Notes: generated by a model from the sequence alone, not told the origin. DNA of 33,473 nt from Arcobacter sp. (GCA_965662175.1 CBFIGT010000012.1:1-33473); one strand, 5' to 3'. Positions 8,587-18,602 are shown, numbered from the stretch's first letter. A program made the numbers and translations.

Positions 8587-8589
8587 AAA

Positions 8590-10050
8590 ATGAGTACAAA
8601 ATTTAATCTATGTGACTTCATTCTTTTTGGAGGACATGGAGATTTAGCTTTTAGAAAGCTAATGCCTGCACTTTATCATTTATGTAAAGATGAATATATA
8701 AGTGAACAAAGTAGAATAATAACAATCTCAAGAAAAGATATATCAAGAGATGAACATATTGATTTAGTAAAAGAAAAATTAAAAGAGTTTTTAGGTGAAA
8801 ATGAGTTTGAAGAGAGCTCTTTTGAAAAGTTTAAAGAACAACTATTTATGGTTAGAGTTGATTTTTCAGAAAATGGTTCATATGAAGAGTTACAAAAACT
8901 ATTAAATGAGTATCAAGATAGAGAAAGAGTAAATTACTTATCAACTTCTCCTCACTTTTTTGGAGAGATTTGTAAATCTTTACATGAGTGGAGTTTGATA
9001 ACAGCAAAAACAAGAGTAGTACTAGAAAAACCTTTAGGAAGAGATTTAAAATCTTCTCAAGAGATAAATAAAGAGGTTTTAAAATATTTTAATGAAGACC
9101 AAATTTATAGAATTGACCACTATTTAGGTAAAGATACAGTTCAAAATATTATGGCTTTACGTTTTTCAAATAGACTTTTTGTGCCACTTTGGAACTCTAA
9201 TCATATTGACCATGTTCAAATTACAGTTGCTGAAAGTGTTGGAGTTGAAGGACGTTGGGATTATTATAATGAGTATGGTGCTTTAAGAGATATGATTCAA
9301 AATCATCTTATGCAACTACTTTGTTTAATAGCCATGGAACCACCTTGTTCATTGGATGCAAATAGTGTAAGAGATGAAAAAGTAAAAGTTTTACGTTCAA
9401 TTAGAAAAATGAGTGAGGCTGATTTAAAAGATAAAACAGTCAGAGCTCAATATACAAAAGGTTCATCAAATGGTGAGTCTGTTCCTGGTTATATAGATAG
9501 TGAAGATAAAGTAAGTGATACTGAAACCTTTGCAGCAATTAGAGTTGATATTGATAACTGGAGATGGAATGGAGTTCCTTTTTATATAAGAAGTGGTAAA
9601 CGTATGCAAAAAAGAAATTCAGAAATTGTAATACAGTTTAAAACAATTCCACACTCAATTTTTGGTGAAGATGAGAGTTCAATAAATCCAAACAGATTGG
9701 TAATAACACTACAACCAAGAGAGAGTATTGAGTTAAAACTTATGAATAAAGTACCTGGACTTGCTGATGGAATGAAACTTCAACAAGTTGACTTAGAGCT
9801 TAACTCTCAACAAAAAGTTAAAAAACAAGCGAATGCTTATGAAAAATTAATACTTGATGCAATTTGTTCAAATCCAACACTATTTATGAGACTTGATGAG
9901 GTTGAATTAGCTTGGAAATGGGCTGATAGAATAATTGATGGTTGGAAAAACAATGTAACTCCAATGAAAAAATATAGTGCTGGAACTGATGGTCCTAGTG
10001 CTGGGATACAACTTATTGCAATAGATGGAAGAAGCTGGAACGATGAGTAA
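8590..10050 (+). CDS. zwf: Glucose-6-phosphate 1-dehydrogenase
   Basis: GGHGDLAFRK, EKPLG, RIDHYLGK, RDMIQNH, RWNGVPFYIRSGK. Confidence 0.97.
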   Translation: MSTKFNLCDFILFGGHGDLAFRKLMPALYHLCKDEYISEQSRIITISRKDISRDEHIDLVKEKLKEFLGENEFEESSFEKFKEQLFMVRVDFSENGSYEELQKLLNEYQDRERVNYLSTSPHFFGEICKSLHEWSLITAKTRVVLEKPLGRDLKSSQEINKEVLKYFNEDQIYRIDHYLGKDTVQNIMALRFSNRLFVPLWNSNHIDHVQITVAESVGVEGRWDYYNEYGALRDMIQNHLMQLLCLIAMEPPCSLDANSVRDEKVKVLRSIRKMSEADLKDKTVRAQYTKGSSNGESVPGYIDSEDKVSDTETFAAIRVDIDNWRWNGVPFYIRSGKRMQKRNSEIVIQFKTIPHSIFGEDESSINPNRLVITLQPRESIELKLMNKVPGLADGMKLQQVDLELNSQQKVKKQANAYEKLILDAICSNPTLFMRLDEVELAWKWADRIIDGWKNNVTPMKKYSAGTDGPSAGIQLIAIDGRSWNDE

Positions 10051-10738
10051 TATATTTAAAGAGTTTGAGTCAAATACTCAATTAGCAAAAAAACTAGCAA
10101 GTGATATTTCACTAAAACTTAAAAATAGTATTGATGAAAAAGGGATTGCAACTCTTTTATTATCAGGGGGAAATACTCCAAAACTATTTTTACAAGAGCT
10201 TTCAAAAATAGAGATTGATTGGAAAAATGTAAGTGTTGGTTTAGTAGATGAAAGATGGATTGATAGCTCATTAGAGGATAGTAATGCTCATTTATTAAAA
10301 GAAAACTTATTAATAAATAGTGCAAAAGAGGCTAAGTTTATAGGTATGTATTTAGATGGAATTGAAGCAAAAGATGCTGAAAAGAAGTGTTCAGAACTTT
10401 ATAAACAAGAGTTTGAAAATATAGATGTTTTAGTTTTAGGAATGGGAGCTGATGCCCATACCGCATCTTTATTTCCAAATAATGAAAAACTAGATGAAGC
10501 TTTTGATTTAGAAAATAAAAACTTTTGTATAAATATAAATCCAACAACAGCACCATATAGTAGAATGAGTTTAACATTGAGTGCTATTTTAAGTGCTAAA
10601 AATATAATTTTGCATATTGAGGGTGAGAAGAAATTGGAAGTTTATAATGATATTTTAAAATCAGATGATTTTCATAAATATCCTATAAATAGTGTTTTGA
10701 AACAAAATAAAAAAGATATTGAGGTGTATTTCTCATGA
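10043..10738 (+). CDS. pgl: 6-phosphogluconolactonase (start probably ATG 10043, overlapping the zwf stop; ORF track gives 10025)
   Basis: LSGGNTP, VDERW, LGMGADAHTASLFP, RMSLT. Confidence 0.93.
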   Translation: MSNIFKEFESNTQLAKKLASDISLKLKNSIDEKGIATLLLSGGNTPKLFLQELSKIEIDWKNVSVGLVDERWIDSSLEDSNAHLLKENLLINSAKEAKFIGMYLDGIEAKDAEKKCSELYKQEFENIDVLVLGMGADAHTASLFPNNEKLDEAFDLENKNFCININPTTAPYSRMSLTLSAILSAKNIILHIEGEKKLEVYNDILKSDDFHKYPINSVLKQNKKDIEVYFS

Positions 10739-12555
10739 ATAAAATTATAGAAGATGTAACTAATAGAATAATTGAACGTTCAAAAAAAAGTAGAGAAGTC
10801 TATTTAAAAAGAGTTGGCGAGGCAAAAAAAAAGAGTTTAAGTAGAACTGCATTAGCATGTAGTAATTTAGCCCATGCAATAGCTCCCATGGATGAAAAAG
10901 AGAAAGAGTTCTTAAGTAATACAACTTCTTATAATATGGGAATAGTAACAGCTTATAATGATATGCTTTCAGCCCATCAACCATATTCAACTTATCCAAA
11001 CACTCTAAAAAAAGAGCTTTTAAAACATGGCTCAACAGCTCAAGTTGCAGGTGGAGTTCCAGCTATGTGTGATGGTGTTACTCAAGGCCAAAAAGGTATG
11101 GAATTATCACTATTTAGTAGGGATAATATTGCTATGGGAACAGCTGTTTCTCTAAGCCATGATACCTATGATGGGGCTTTTTATTTAGGAGTTTGTGACA
11201 AAATTGTACCAGGTCTTTTAATAGGAGCTTTATCTTTTGGATATTTACCTGCTATTTTTGTACCCTCAGGTCCTATGCCATCAGGTATTTCAAATAAAGA
11301 AAAAGCAAGAGTTAGAGAAGAGTTTGCTAAAGGTTTAGTTGATGAAAAAGCACTTTTAGAAGTTGAAAAAGCATCATATCACTCATGTGGTACTTGTACA
11401 TTTTTTGGAACAGCAAACTCAAATCAAATGCTTCTAGAGATGATGGGATTACAACTTCCAAATAGCTCTTTTGTAAATACAAACACGCCTTTAAGGGAAG
11501 CTTTGACAAAAAAAGCTGCTAAAACCTTAATACAATTATGTGAAAAGAGAGTCTCTTTATCTGATATTGTAAGTGAAAAAAGTTTTGTAAATGCCATAAT
11601 CGGGCTTATGGCAACGGGTGGTTCTACAAATCATACAATTCACTTAATTGCTATGGCAAAAGCTGCAGGTATAGTTTTAACTTGGGAAGATTTTGATGAT
11701 ATTTCAAAAATAACACCTCTTTTATGTAAAATGTATCCAAATGGAAGTGCTGATGTAAATGCCTTTAGGGAAGCAGGTGGGATGAGTGTTGTTATTTCAC
11801 AATTAATTGATGCAGGAATTGTACATAATGATGTACAAACAGTAGTTGGCTTTGGATTAGATAATTTTATAAAAGAGCCTACTTTAGAAAATGAAGATGT
11901 GGTTTTTATAAATGGAGCTACTATTTCTAAAAATAAAGAGGTAGTTGCAGGATTAGAAGCACCATTTTCAAAAGAGGGTGGTTTAAAACTTTTAGTTGGA
12001 AATATGGGTAAAAGTGTTATTAAAACCTCTGCACTTAAAGAAGAGCTTTTATATATAAAAGCACCTGCTATTGTGTTTAATTCTCAAGAAGAGTTACAAA
12101 AAGAGTTTACAAAAGGAAATCTAGAAAAAGATTTTATTGCGGTTGTAAGATACCAAGGTCCAAAATCAAATGGTATGCCAGAGCTTCATAAACTTATGCC
12201 TCCATTAGGAGTATTACAAGAAAAAGGTTTTAAAGTTGCAATCATAACAGATGGTCGTATGTCAGGGGCTTCTGGAAAAGTTGCATCTGCTATTCACCTG
12301 TATCCTGAAGCAATTGAGGGTGGAGTTATATCTAAAATAGAAAATGGTGACCTTATTGAAATGGATATTAAAAATGGTACCCTAAATATTTTACTTGAAG
12401 ATGATGTTTTAGAAAAAAGAGTAGCTAATAAAGTAAATTTAGAAAAAAATAGATATGGCTTAGGAGTTGAACTTTTCTCTACTATTAGAGAAAATGTAAG
12501 TTCAAGTGAAACAGGTGCTACTATTTTTAAACTTCCAGGAGAGGAAAACGCATGA
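10735..12555 (+). CDS. edd: 6-phosphogluconate dehydratase
   Basis: CSNLAH, TAYNDMLSAHQPY, PAMCDGVTQG, CDKIVPG, GTCTFFGTANSNQ, TDGRMSGASG. Confidence 0.97.
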   Translation: MNKIIEDVTNRIIERSKKSREVYLKRVGEAKKKSLSRTALACSNLAHAIAPMDEKEKEFLSNTTSYNMGIVTAYNDMLSAHQPYSTYPNTLKKELLKHGSTAQVAGGVPAMCDGVTQGQKGMELSLFSRDNIAMGTAVSLSHDTYDGAFYLGVCDKIVPGLLIGALSFGYLPAIFVPSGPMPSGISNKEKARVREEFAKGLVDEKALLEVEKASYHSCGTCTFFGTANSNQMLLEMMGLQLPNSSFVNTNTPLREALTKKAAKTLIQLCEKRVSLSDIVSEKSFVNAIIGLMATGGSTNHTIHLIAMAKAAGIVLTWEDFDDISKITPLLCKMYPNGSADVNAFREAGGMSVVISQLIDAGIVHNDVQTVVGFGLDNFIKEPTLENEDVVFINGATISKNKEVVAGLEAPFSKEGGLKLLVGNMGKSVIKTSALKEELLYIKAPAIVFNSQEELQKEFTKGNLEKDFIAVVRYQGPKSNGMPELHKLMPPLGVLQEKGFKVAIITDGRMSGASGKVASAIHLYPEAIEGGVISKIENGDLIEMDIKNGTLNILLEDDVLEKRVANKVNLEKNRYGLGVELFSTIRENVSSSETGATIFKLPGEENA

Positions 12556-13178
12556 ATGGATATGATGTAATGAAAATCTCACCAATAGTTCCTGTAATTG
12601 CTATTGATGATGAAAAAGATGCTCTACCCTTAGCAAAGGCTTTAAGTGATGGTGGAATAAATGTTATGGAAATAACACTAAGAACAGAAGCTGGACTTAA
12701 AGCTATAGAGATTATCTCAAAAGAGTTTCCTTCTATGAATGTTGGGGCTGGAACAGTTTGTAATAATGAAGATTTAATAAAAGCTAAAAATGCAGGTGCA
12801 AAATTTGTATTTTCACCTGGAATTAGTGATGAGCTAATTAAAAGTGCAAAAGAGAATGATATTACTCTTATTCCAGGTGTTGCAACAGCATCTGAGGTTA
12901 TGAAAGCACAAAATAGTGGAATATTTTATTGTAAACTATTTCCAGCAACACTTGCAGGTGGAGTTGATATTTTAAAAGCTTTTCAAGGACCATTTTCAAA
13001 AATGAACTTTTGCCCAACAGGTGGAGTTAATTTAAATAACCTTAATGATTTTTTATCTTTAAAAAATGTTTTATGTGTTGGTGGCACATGGATTGTTCCA
13101 AAAGATGAAATAAAAAAAGGAAATTTTGACATAATTACAACACTTTCTAAAGAAGCCTTAGATAGAATAGTTAAATAA
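12552..13178 (+). CDS. eda: KDPG/KHG aldolase
   Basis: EITLRT, VGAGTV, SPG, KLFPA, FCPTGG. Confidence 0.96.
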   Translation: MNGYDVMKISPIVPVIAIDDEKDALPLAKALSDGGINVMEITLRTEAGLKAIEIISKEFPSMNVGAGTVCNNEDLIKAKNAGAKFVFSPGISDELIKSAKENDITLIPGVATASEVMKAQNSGIFYCKLFPATLAGGVDILKAFQGPFSKMNFCPTGGVNLNNLNDFLSLKNVLCVGGTWIVPKDEIKKGNFDIITTLSKEALDRIVK

Positions 13179-13202
13179 TAAAATTGTTTATAAGGAGTTA
13201 CA

Positions 13203-14837
13203 TTGTCACATATTAGAGCGGGGAAAATAGCACCTAAGGAGATTTTGGAAGATATACCAAAATTAATTAGTAGCTATTATGAAAATAAACCAAATATAGA
13301 GGATGTTAGTCAAAAAGTTAGTTTTGGAACATCAGGGCATAGAGGAACATCTTTAAAAACAAGTTTTAATGAAGATCACATTTTAGCTATTTCTCAAGCT
13401 TTATGTGAATATAGAAAAAGTGTTGGTATTACTGGTACTTTATTTATAGGAATTGATACCCATGCTTTATCAACTCCTGCACAAACAACTGCACTTCAAG
13501 TTTTTGCAGCAAATGAAGTTAAATGTAAAATAGCAAGTAACAATAATTACACTCCAACTCCTGTTGTATCTTTTACAATTTTAGAATCAAATAAAAATAG
13601 TGAGATTTTAAATGATGGTGTAGTGATAACTCCCTCACATAATCCTCCAAGTGATGGTGGTTTTAAATATAATCCACCAAATGGAGGTCCTGCTGATAGT
13701 GATGTTACAACTATTATTGAAAATAGGGCAAATGAGATTTTAGCAAATGGTTTAAAAGACGTTAAATTTATCTCAAAAGAGGAGATAAAAACTTCACCTT
13801 TTATAGAAGAAGAGGATTTTATAACTCCATATGTAAAAGCTTTAACTACAATAATTGATATGAATGCAATAAAAGAGGCTAATCTAAAAATTGGTGTTGA
13901 TCCTATGGGTGGTTCTGGAATTGAAGTTTATAAAACAATCAAAAAAATCTATGGATTAAATATGGAAATAGTAAATGAAAATGTTGACCCAACTTTTTCA
14001 TTTATGACATGTGACCATGATGGAAAGATTAGAATGGACTGTTCATCTTCATATGCTATGGCTTCACTAATTGGATTAAAAGATAAATATGACATAGCTT
14101 TTGCAAATGACCCTGATTTTGATAGACATGGAATTGTAACTCCAAGTGTTGGGCTTATGAATCCAAATCACTACTTATCAGTTGCTATTTGGTATTTATA
14201 CTCAAATAGAGATTGGAGTGATGATTTAGCAATTGGTAAAACTTTAGTATCAAGTTCAATGATTGATAGAGTTGCTAAAATGTTAAATAAAAAACTTTAT
14301 GAAGTTCCTGTTGGATTTAAATGGTTTGTTGATGGACTTTATGCTGGAACTTTAGGTTTTGGTGGTGAAGAGAGTGCAGGGGCTTCTTTTTTAAGATTTG
14401 ATGAAACTGTATGGTCAACTGATAAAGATGGAATTATTTTAAATTTATTAGCAGCTGAAATTACCTCAAAACTAAAAAAAGACCCAGGTGTTTTATATGA
14501 AGAGTTAGAAGATAAGTTTGGAGTTTCATACTATAAAAGAGTAGATGCACCAGCCACTTTTGAACAAAAAGCAAAACTTAAAAACTTAAGTGTTGAAGAT
14601 ATTAAATCAAAAGAGTTAGCAGGTGAGAGTATTGAAAATATTTTTACAAAAGCAGATGGAAATAAGGCAAGTATTGGTGGACTTAAAGTAACTACTCAAA
14701 ATGGATGGTTCGCAGCAAGGCCATCTGGAACTGAAGATATTTATAAAATATATGCAGAGAGTTTTATTGGGCTTGAGCATTTGGAGCTTATTTTAAGTGA
14801 AGCAAAACAGATAGTATTAAAAAGCATAGAAGGATAA
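13203..14837 (+). CDS. pgm: Phosphoglucomutase (alpha-D-glucose phosphate-specific, E. coli Pgm type)
   Basis: TTG start with AAGGAG RBS; FGTSGHRG, TPSHNP, DPDFDR, GEESAG, RPSGTE. Confidence 0.95.
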   Translation: MSHIRAGKIAPKEILEDIPKLISSYYENKPNIEDVSQKVSFGTSGHRGTSLKTSFNEDHILAISQALCEYRKSVGITGTLFIGIDTHALSTPAQTTALQVFAANEVKCKIASNNNYTPTPVVSFTILESNKNSEILNDGVVITPSHNPPSDGGFKYNPPNGGPADSDVTTIIENRANEILANGLKDVKFISKEEIKTSPFIEEEDFITPYVKALTTIIDMNAIKEANLKIGVDPMGGSGIEVYKTIKKIYGLNMEIVNENVDPTFSFMTCDHDGKIRMDCSSSYAMASLIGLKDKYDIAFANDPDFDRHGIVTPSVGLMNPNHYLSVAIWYLYSNRDWSDDLAIGKTLVSSSMIDRVAKMLNKKLYEVPVGFKWFVDGLYAGTLGFGGEESAGASFLRFDETVWSTDKDGIILNLLAAEITSKLKKDPGVLYEELEDKFGVSYYKRVDAPATFEQKAKLKNLSVEDIKSKELAGESIENIFTKADGNKASIGGLKVTTQNGWFAARPSGTEDIYKIYAESFIGLEHLELILSEAKQIVLKSIEG

Positions 14838-14840
14838 AAT

Positions 14841-16052
14841 ATGAATTACAACGCAAACTTTAATCCAAGAATTTCTGATAGTGAAGTTTTTGAAGCTATT
14901 AAAAAAGAGAAACAAACAATTGGTTATTATAACTTACCTTTTCAAGATACAAGTGCTGTTAAAGAGTATGCAAAAACTGTAAAACAGACAAATATTGCAG
15001 TTATTGGTATTGGTGGTAGTACTTTAGGAACTTATGCTATTTATAATTTTTTAACAAGGTCAAGAGACTATTCAAAAAAACTACACTTTTTTGAATCAAC
15101 TGATCCAATTGATATAAATAGTAGAATTGAAAAACTTGATTTAGAAGATACTTTATTTATAGTAATTAGTAAATCAGGTACAACTATTGAGACTATTAGT
15201 GTATTTAAATATCTATGTTCAAAAGTAAAGATTGATAAAGAGAACTGTTTAGTAATTACAGAGTTTGATAGTAAATTAAATGATTTTGCCCTTGCAAATG
15301 ATATTAAAACCTTTGAAGTACCAAAAGATGTTGGTGGAAGATTTTCGGTATTTTCAAATGTTGGTTTAGTTCCATTAGCTATTATTGGAGTTGATGTAGA
15401 TGGATTATTAGATGGTTGTAAAAAATCTTATAAAGAGTATTTTGAACAAGAAGCACTATATAAACAACTTATGGTAAAAGCTAGATTTATGGCTGAATAT
15501 AAGCATAAATTTAATAATAATGTAATCTTTTCATATGCTTCAGAGCTTGAGGGATTTAATAAGTGGTATGTTCAATTATGGGGAGAGAGTTTAGGAAAAA
15601 TAGATAATGACAAAACTCACCAAGGTCTAACTCCAATTGGATTATTAGGGCCTGTTGACCAACATAGCTTTTTGCAGTTGATTATTGAGGGTAAAAGAGA
15701 TAAAACAGTAACATTTATCAAAATTAAAGATTTTGCTGATGATTCTGTTATCCCTGATATAAAATTAAAAGGATTAGAGAGTTTAGATTATATTAATAAC
15801 TTAAAATTCTCAGAACTTATAAATCATCAAGCTGATTCTACTATAAGAGCTGTTGAGGATTTAAAAGATATTCCATGTGATACTATTACAATAGAAAAAG
15901 TTGATGAGTTTAATTTAGCTTATTTAATGTTTTCTTATGAAATATTAACATCAATTGTTGGAAGATTTTTATATATAAATGCTTATGACCAACCAGGTGT
16001 TGAAAGTGGTAAAATTATATTAAAAGAGAAACTTAAAAATAAGATACTTTGA
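14841..16052 (+). CDS. pgi: Glucose-6-phosphate isomerase (short Campylobacterota type)
   Basis: GIGGS, SKSGTT, VGGRFS, QLWGESLGK, DQHSFLQL, DQPGVESGK. Confidence 0.95.
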   Translation: MNYNANFNPRISDSEVFEAIKKEKQTIGYYNLPFQDTSAVKEYAKTVKQTNIAVIGIGGSTLGTYAIYNFLTRSRDYSKKLHFFESTDPIDINSRIEKLDLEDTLFIVISKSGTTIETISVFKYLCSKVKIDKENCLVITEFDSKLNDFALANDIKTFEVPKDVGGRFSVFSNVGLVPLAIIGVDVDGLLDGCKKSYKEYFEQEALYKQLMVKARFMAEYKHKFNNNVIFSYASELEGFNKWYVQLWGESLGKIDNDKTHQGLTPIGLLGPVDQHSFLQLIIEGKRDKTVTFIKIKDFADDSVIPDIKLKGLESLDYINNLKFSELINHQADSTIRAVEDLKDIPCDTITIEKVDEFNLAYLMFSYEILTSIVGRFLYINAYDQPGVESGKIILKEKLKNKIL

Positions 16053-16056
16053 GGAT

Positions 16057-16461
16057 TTAATAATCCTCAATGAATCTTTTGAAAAGTTGAGGAATATCCT
16101 CTTTTGGAAAAGTATCCAAGTTCTCAAAATCAAAATCTTTTAATAGCTCACTCTCAATATTTGTGAGGTTTTTAATATTTTTATACCCCATATCCCAATT
16201 AGGGAAATATCTTTCACTAGCATCTTCTTCTATGAGTTCAATTAAATCTTTATGTCTTTCATCTTTTTGAATTTTATCATACACAAAAAGAACATTCTCT
16301 TTATCTCCCTCAAGACATTGAATAAAAGTTCTCCCTTTAACAATAAGAAGCCCAGAAATATTTCTCTCTTTATTGTTTTTTCTAGATTTCTCTAAAAGCT
16401 CTTCTAACTCTTGATTTGAAAAATCAAAATTTGCTGTACTCATATACAATAATCTATACAT
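16057..16461 (-). CDS. Stand-alone BLUF-domain blue-light sensor
   Basis: LLYMS (Tyr), NN..ISGLL, FIQCLEG (Gln), DERH, FPNWDMG (Trp/Met); GGAGG RBS. Confidence 0.93.
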   Translation of the reverse strand: MYRLLYMSTANFDFSNQELEELLEKSRKNNKERNISGLLIVKGRTFIQCLEGDKENVLFVYDKIQKDERHKDLIELIEEDASERYFPNWDMGYKNIKNLTNIESELLKDFDFENLDTFPKEDIPQLFKRFIEDY

Positions 16462-16583
16462 TTAAAACCTCCAAATTATTCTTATGTTATTTTAACAATA
16501 TAAATATAAATAGTAAGATTTTTATAAATGTTTTTATAAGTGAATTGTATAATAATTAAAAATAATTAAAATTAGGAATTAAA

Positions 16584-17537
16584 ATGAAACTAGGAATATC
16601 TTCTTGCTTGATTGGAAATTTGTGTAGATATGATGGTGCTCACTCAAAAGATGCATTTGTTTATAATGTATTACAAAAATATTTTGAGATAGTACCTTAT
16701 TGTCCAGAGCATATGATTTTTGGAAGTCCAAGGGAAACTATTAGATTAGTAAAAGTTGCAGATGAGATAAAAGTTGTAAAATCAGCAACTAAAGAGGATG
16801 TAACAGATGAACTTGAAGCAGTCTCAAAAGAGTGTGCTTTACAAATAGCAAATGATGATATTTGCGGATTTATTTTAAAATCAAAATCTCCAACATGTGG
16901 AATGGAGAGAGTAAAAGTTTATCAAGATACAAACTCAATGAGTAAAAAAGAGGGAGTTGGATTATTTGCTAGAAATATAAAAGAGATGTATCCATACTTG
17001 CCTCTTGAAGAAGAGGGAAGATTAAATGACCCATGGCTGAAAGAGAACTTTTTAATGCAAATCTTTGCATATAAGGATTTCCATGAGTTGTTGAAAAAAG
17101 ATAGATTAGCTTTCAACGATTTAGTAGAGTTTCATACTTCATATAAATATTTGATTTATGCAAAATCACAAGAGTTTTATAAAGAGTTAGGTTCAATTGT
17201 AGCAAATCATGAAAAGAAAGATTTACAAACAGTATTAAAAGAGTACAAAGAGAGTTTTTTAAAAGCAATTAGTGAAAAAAGTACAATCAATAAAACATAT
17301 AATGTTTTATTACATATTTTTGGATACTTTAAAAAACATATAACAAAAGAGGAAAAAGAGTTACTTCTAATGACAATGGAAGAGTATAAAGATGGAATTG
17401 TACCTTTAATTACAATTATTAAAATGTTTAATATTTATATAAAAAGATATGAAATAGAGTATTTACAAAAACAAAAATTTTTAAATCCTTATCCTAAAGA
17501 GTTAGCTTTAAGATCTGATTTAAAAGCAAATAAATAG
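16584..17537 (+). CDS. DUF523-DUF1722 fusion (YbgA family; TudS/RudS-like Fe-S desulfidase)
   Basis: GISSCL.G..CRYDG, CPE, KSKSPTCG, EEEGRLND, FHTSYKY, NVLLHIFGYFK, PYP..L.LR. Confidence 0.9.
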   Translation: MKLGISSCLIGNLCRYDGAHSKDAFVYNVLQKYFEIVPYCPEHMIFGSPRETIRLVKVADEIKVVKSATKEDVTDELEAVSKECALQIANDDICGFILKSKSPTCGMERVKVYQDTNSMSKKEGVGLFARNIKEMYPYLPLEEEGRLNDPWLKENFLMQIFAYKDFHELLKKDRLAFNDLVEFHTSYKYLIYAKSQEFYKELGSIVANHEKKDLQTVLKEYKESFLKAISEKSTINKTYNVLLHIFGYFKKHITKEEKELLLMTMEEYKDGIVPLITIIKMFNIYIKRYEIEYLQKQKFLNPYPKELALRSDLKANK

Positions 17538-17545
17538 GAATTAAA

Positions 17546-17998
17546 TTGTTAGCAAATATTCCTATGCATATGCATGTAATGGTAATATATTTTTCAATAT
17601 TACCATTTTTACTTTTTTATTCAATTAGTTTAGCAAAAAAGAAAAAATATAAAAAACACTTTTTATCCCAAGCTTCTCTTTTATCAATTACATTAGTTGT
17701 TTTAGTCTATTTTGAGATAATGATTAGAATTGATGGTGGTTTTTTTGAGTTTGCCAAACAAAGTAGTTTCGAACATGGTTTTTTAGTGAAATATCTTATT
17801 TTTCATATTGCAATTGCATTAGTTGCGGCTGTTTTATGGATTGGTTTATTTATTAAATCATATATAATTTACAAAAATAATCAATTAGAACTTTTGAAAT
17901 CTTCTAATCACAAAAAAATAGGAATGATAACAGCACTATTTATATTTTTGAGTTGTATTACAGGAGTTTTTGTATATCTGTTTTTGTTTATATTTTAA
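17546..17998 (+). CDS. DUF420-like membrane protein
   Basis: Four hydrophobic segments with conserved His positions (KKH, IFHI, HKKIG) and C-terminal TGVFVY. Confidence 0.75.
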   Translation: MLANIPMHMHVMVIYFSILPFLLFYSISLAKKKKYKKHFLSQASLLSITLVVLVYFEIMIRIDGGFFEFAKQSSFEHGFLVKYLIFHIAIALVAAVLWIGLFIKSYIIYKNNQLELLKSSNHKKIGMITALFIFLSCITGVFVYLFLFIF

Positions 17999-18053
17999 TC
18001 TATCTTTATAATCAAAAAAGTTACAATAACATAAATATTTATTAGGGAAAATA

Positions 18054-18602
18054 ATGAGCATAGAGAAGAATCTTTTAGATAGAAGTGCTGGTGCATGTGA
18101 ACTTTGTGGTTCAACTGAGCAAATAGACACAATTTTAGTATCTCCAAAAGATGAAGAGATTGTAGTATGTAGCACGTGTAAAGAACAAATTGAAGATGAA
18201 TCAAAAATGGATGCTAATCATTTTAGATGTTTAAATGACTCTATGTGGAATCAAACTCCAGCTGTTCAAGTTATGGTATATAGATTACTTAAAAAACTTT
18301 CAAATGAGGGTTGGCCTCAAGATTTAGTTGAGATGATGTATTTAGAACCAGAGGTTTTAGAGTGGGCAGAACTTGGATTAAGTGAAAATAGTGTTACTGT
18401 AAAAGATAGCAATGGAGTTACTTTAAATGCAGGTGATAATGTTACTATTATAAAAGACCTTGATGTAAAAGGTGCTGGATTTACTGCAAAAAGAGGAACA
18501 GTAGTTAGAGGTATTTCTCTTGGTGATGACCCTACACATATTGAGGGTAGAGTTAATGGTGTTAAAATTTTTCTAAAAACTTGTTTTCTTAAAAAAGTTT
18601 AG
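18054..18602 (+). CDS. PhnA-domain (YjdM-like) zinc-ribbon protein
   Basis: CELC...CSTC, HFRCLNDSMW, DSNG..L..GDNVTIIKDLDVKGAGFTAKRGT, FLKK. Confidence 0.88.
   Translation: MSIEKNLLDRSAGACELCGSTEQIDTILVSPKDEEIVVCSTCKEQIEDESKMDANHFRCLNDSMWNQTPAVQVMVYRLLKKLSNEGWPQDLVEMMYLEPEVLEWAELGLSENSVTVKDSNGVTLNAGDNVTIIKDLDVKGAGFTAKRGTVVRGISLGDDPTHIEGRVNGVKIFLKTCFLKKV

Noticed and set aside
16518..16553. Roughly 12-bp periodic TTTTATAA repeats as a LitR/CarH-type operator between BLUF and the YbgA-like gene
   Set aside because: Almost pure A/T, so expected by chance here; no such regulator in the window
18054..18602. Phosphonate utilisation role from the PhnA name
   Set aside because: The family name is historical and no phn transport or lyase genes are nearby
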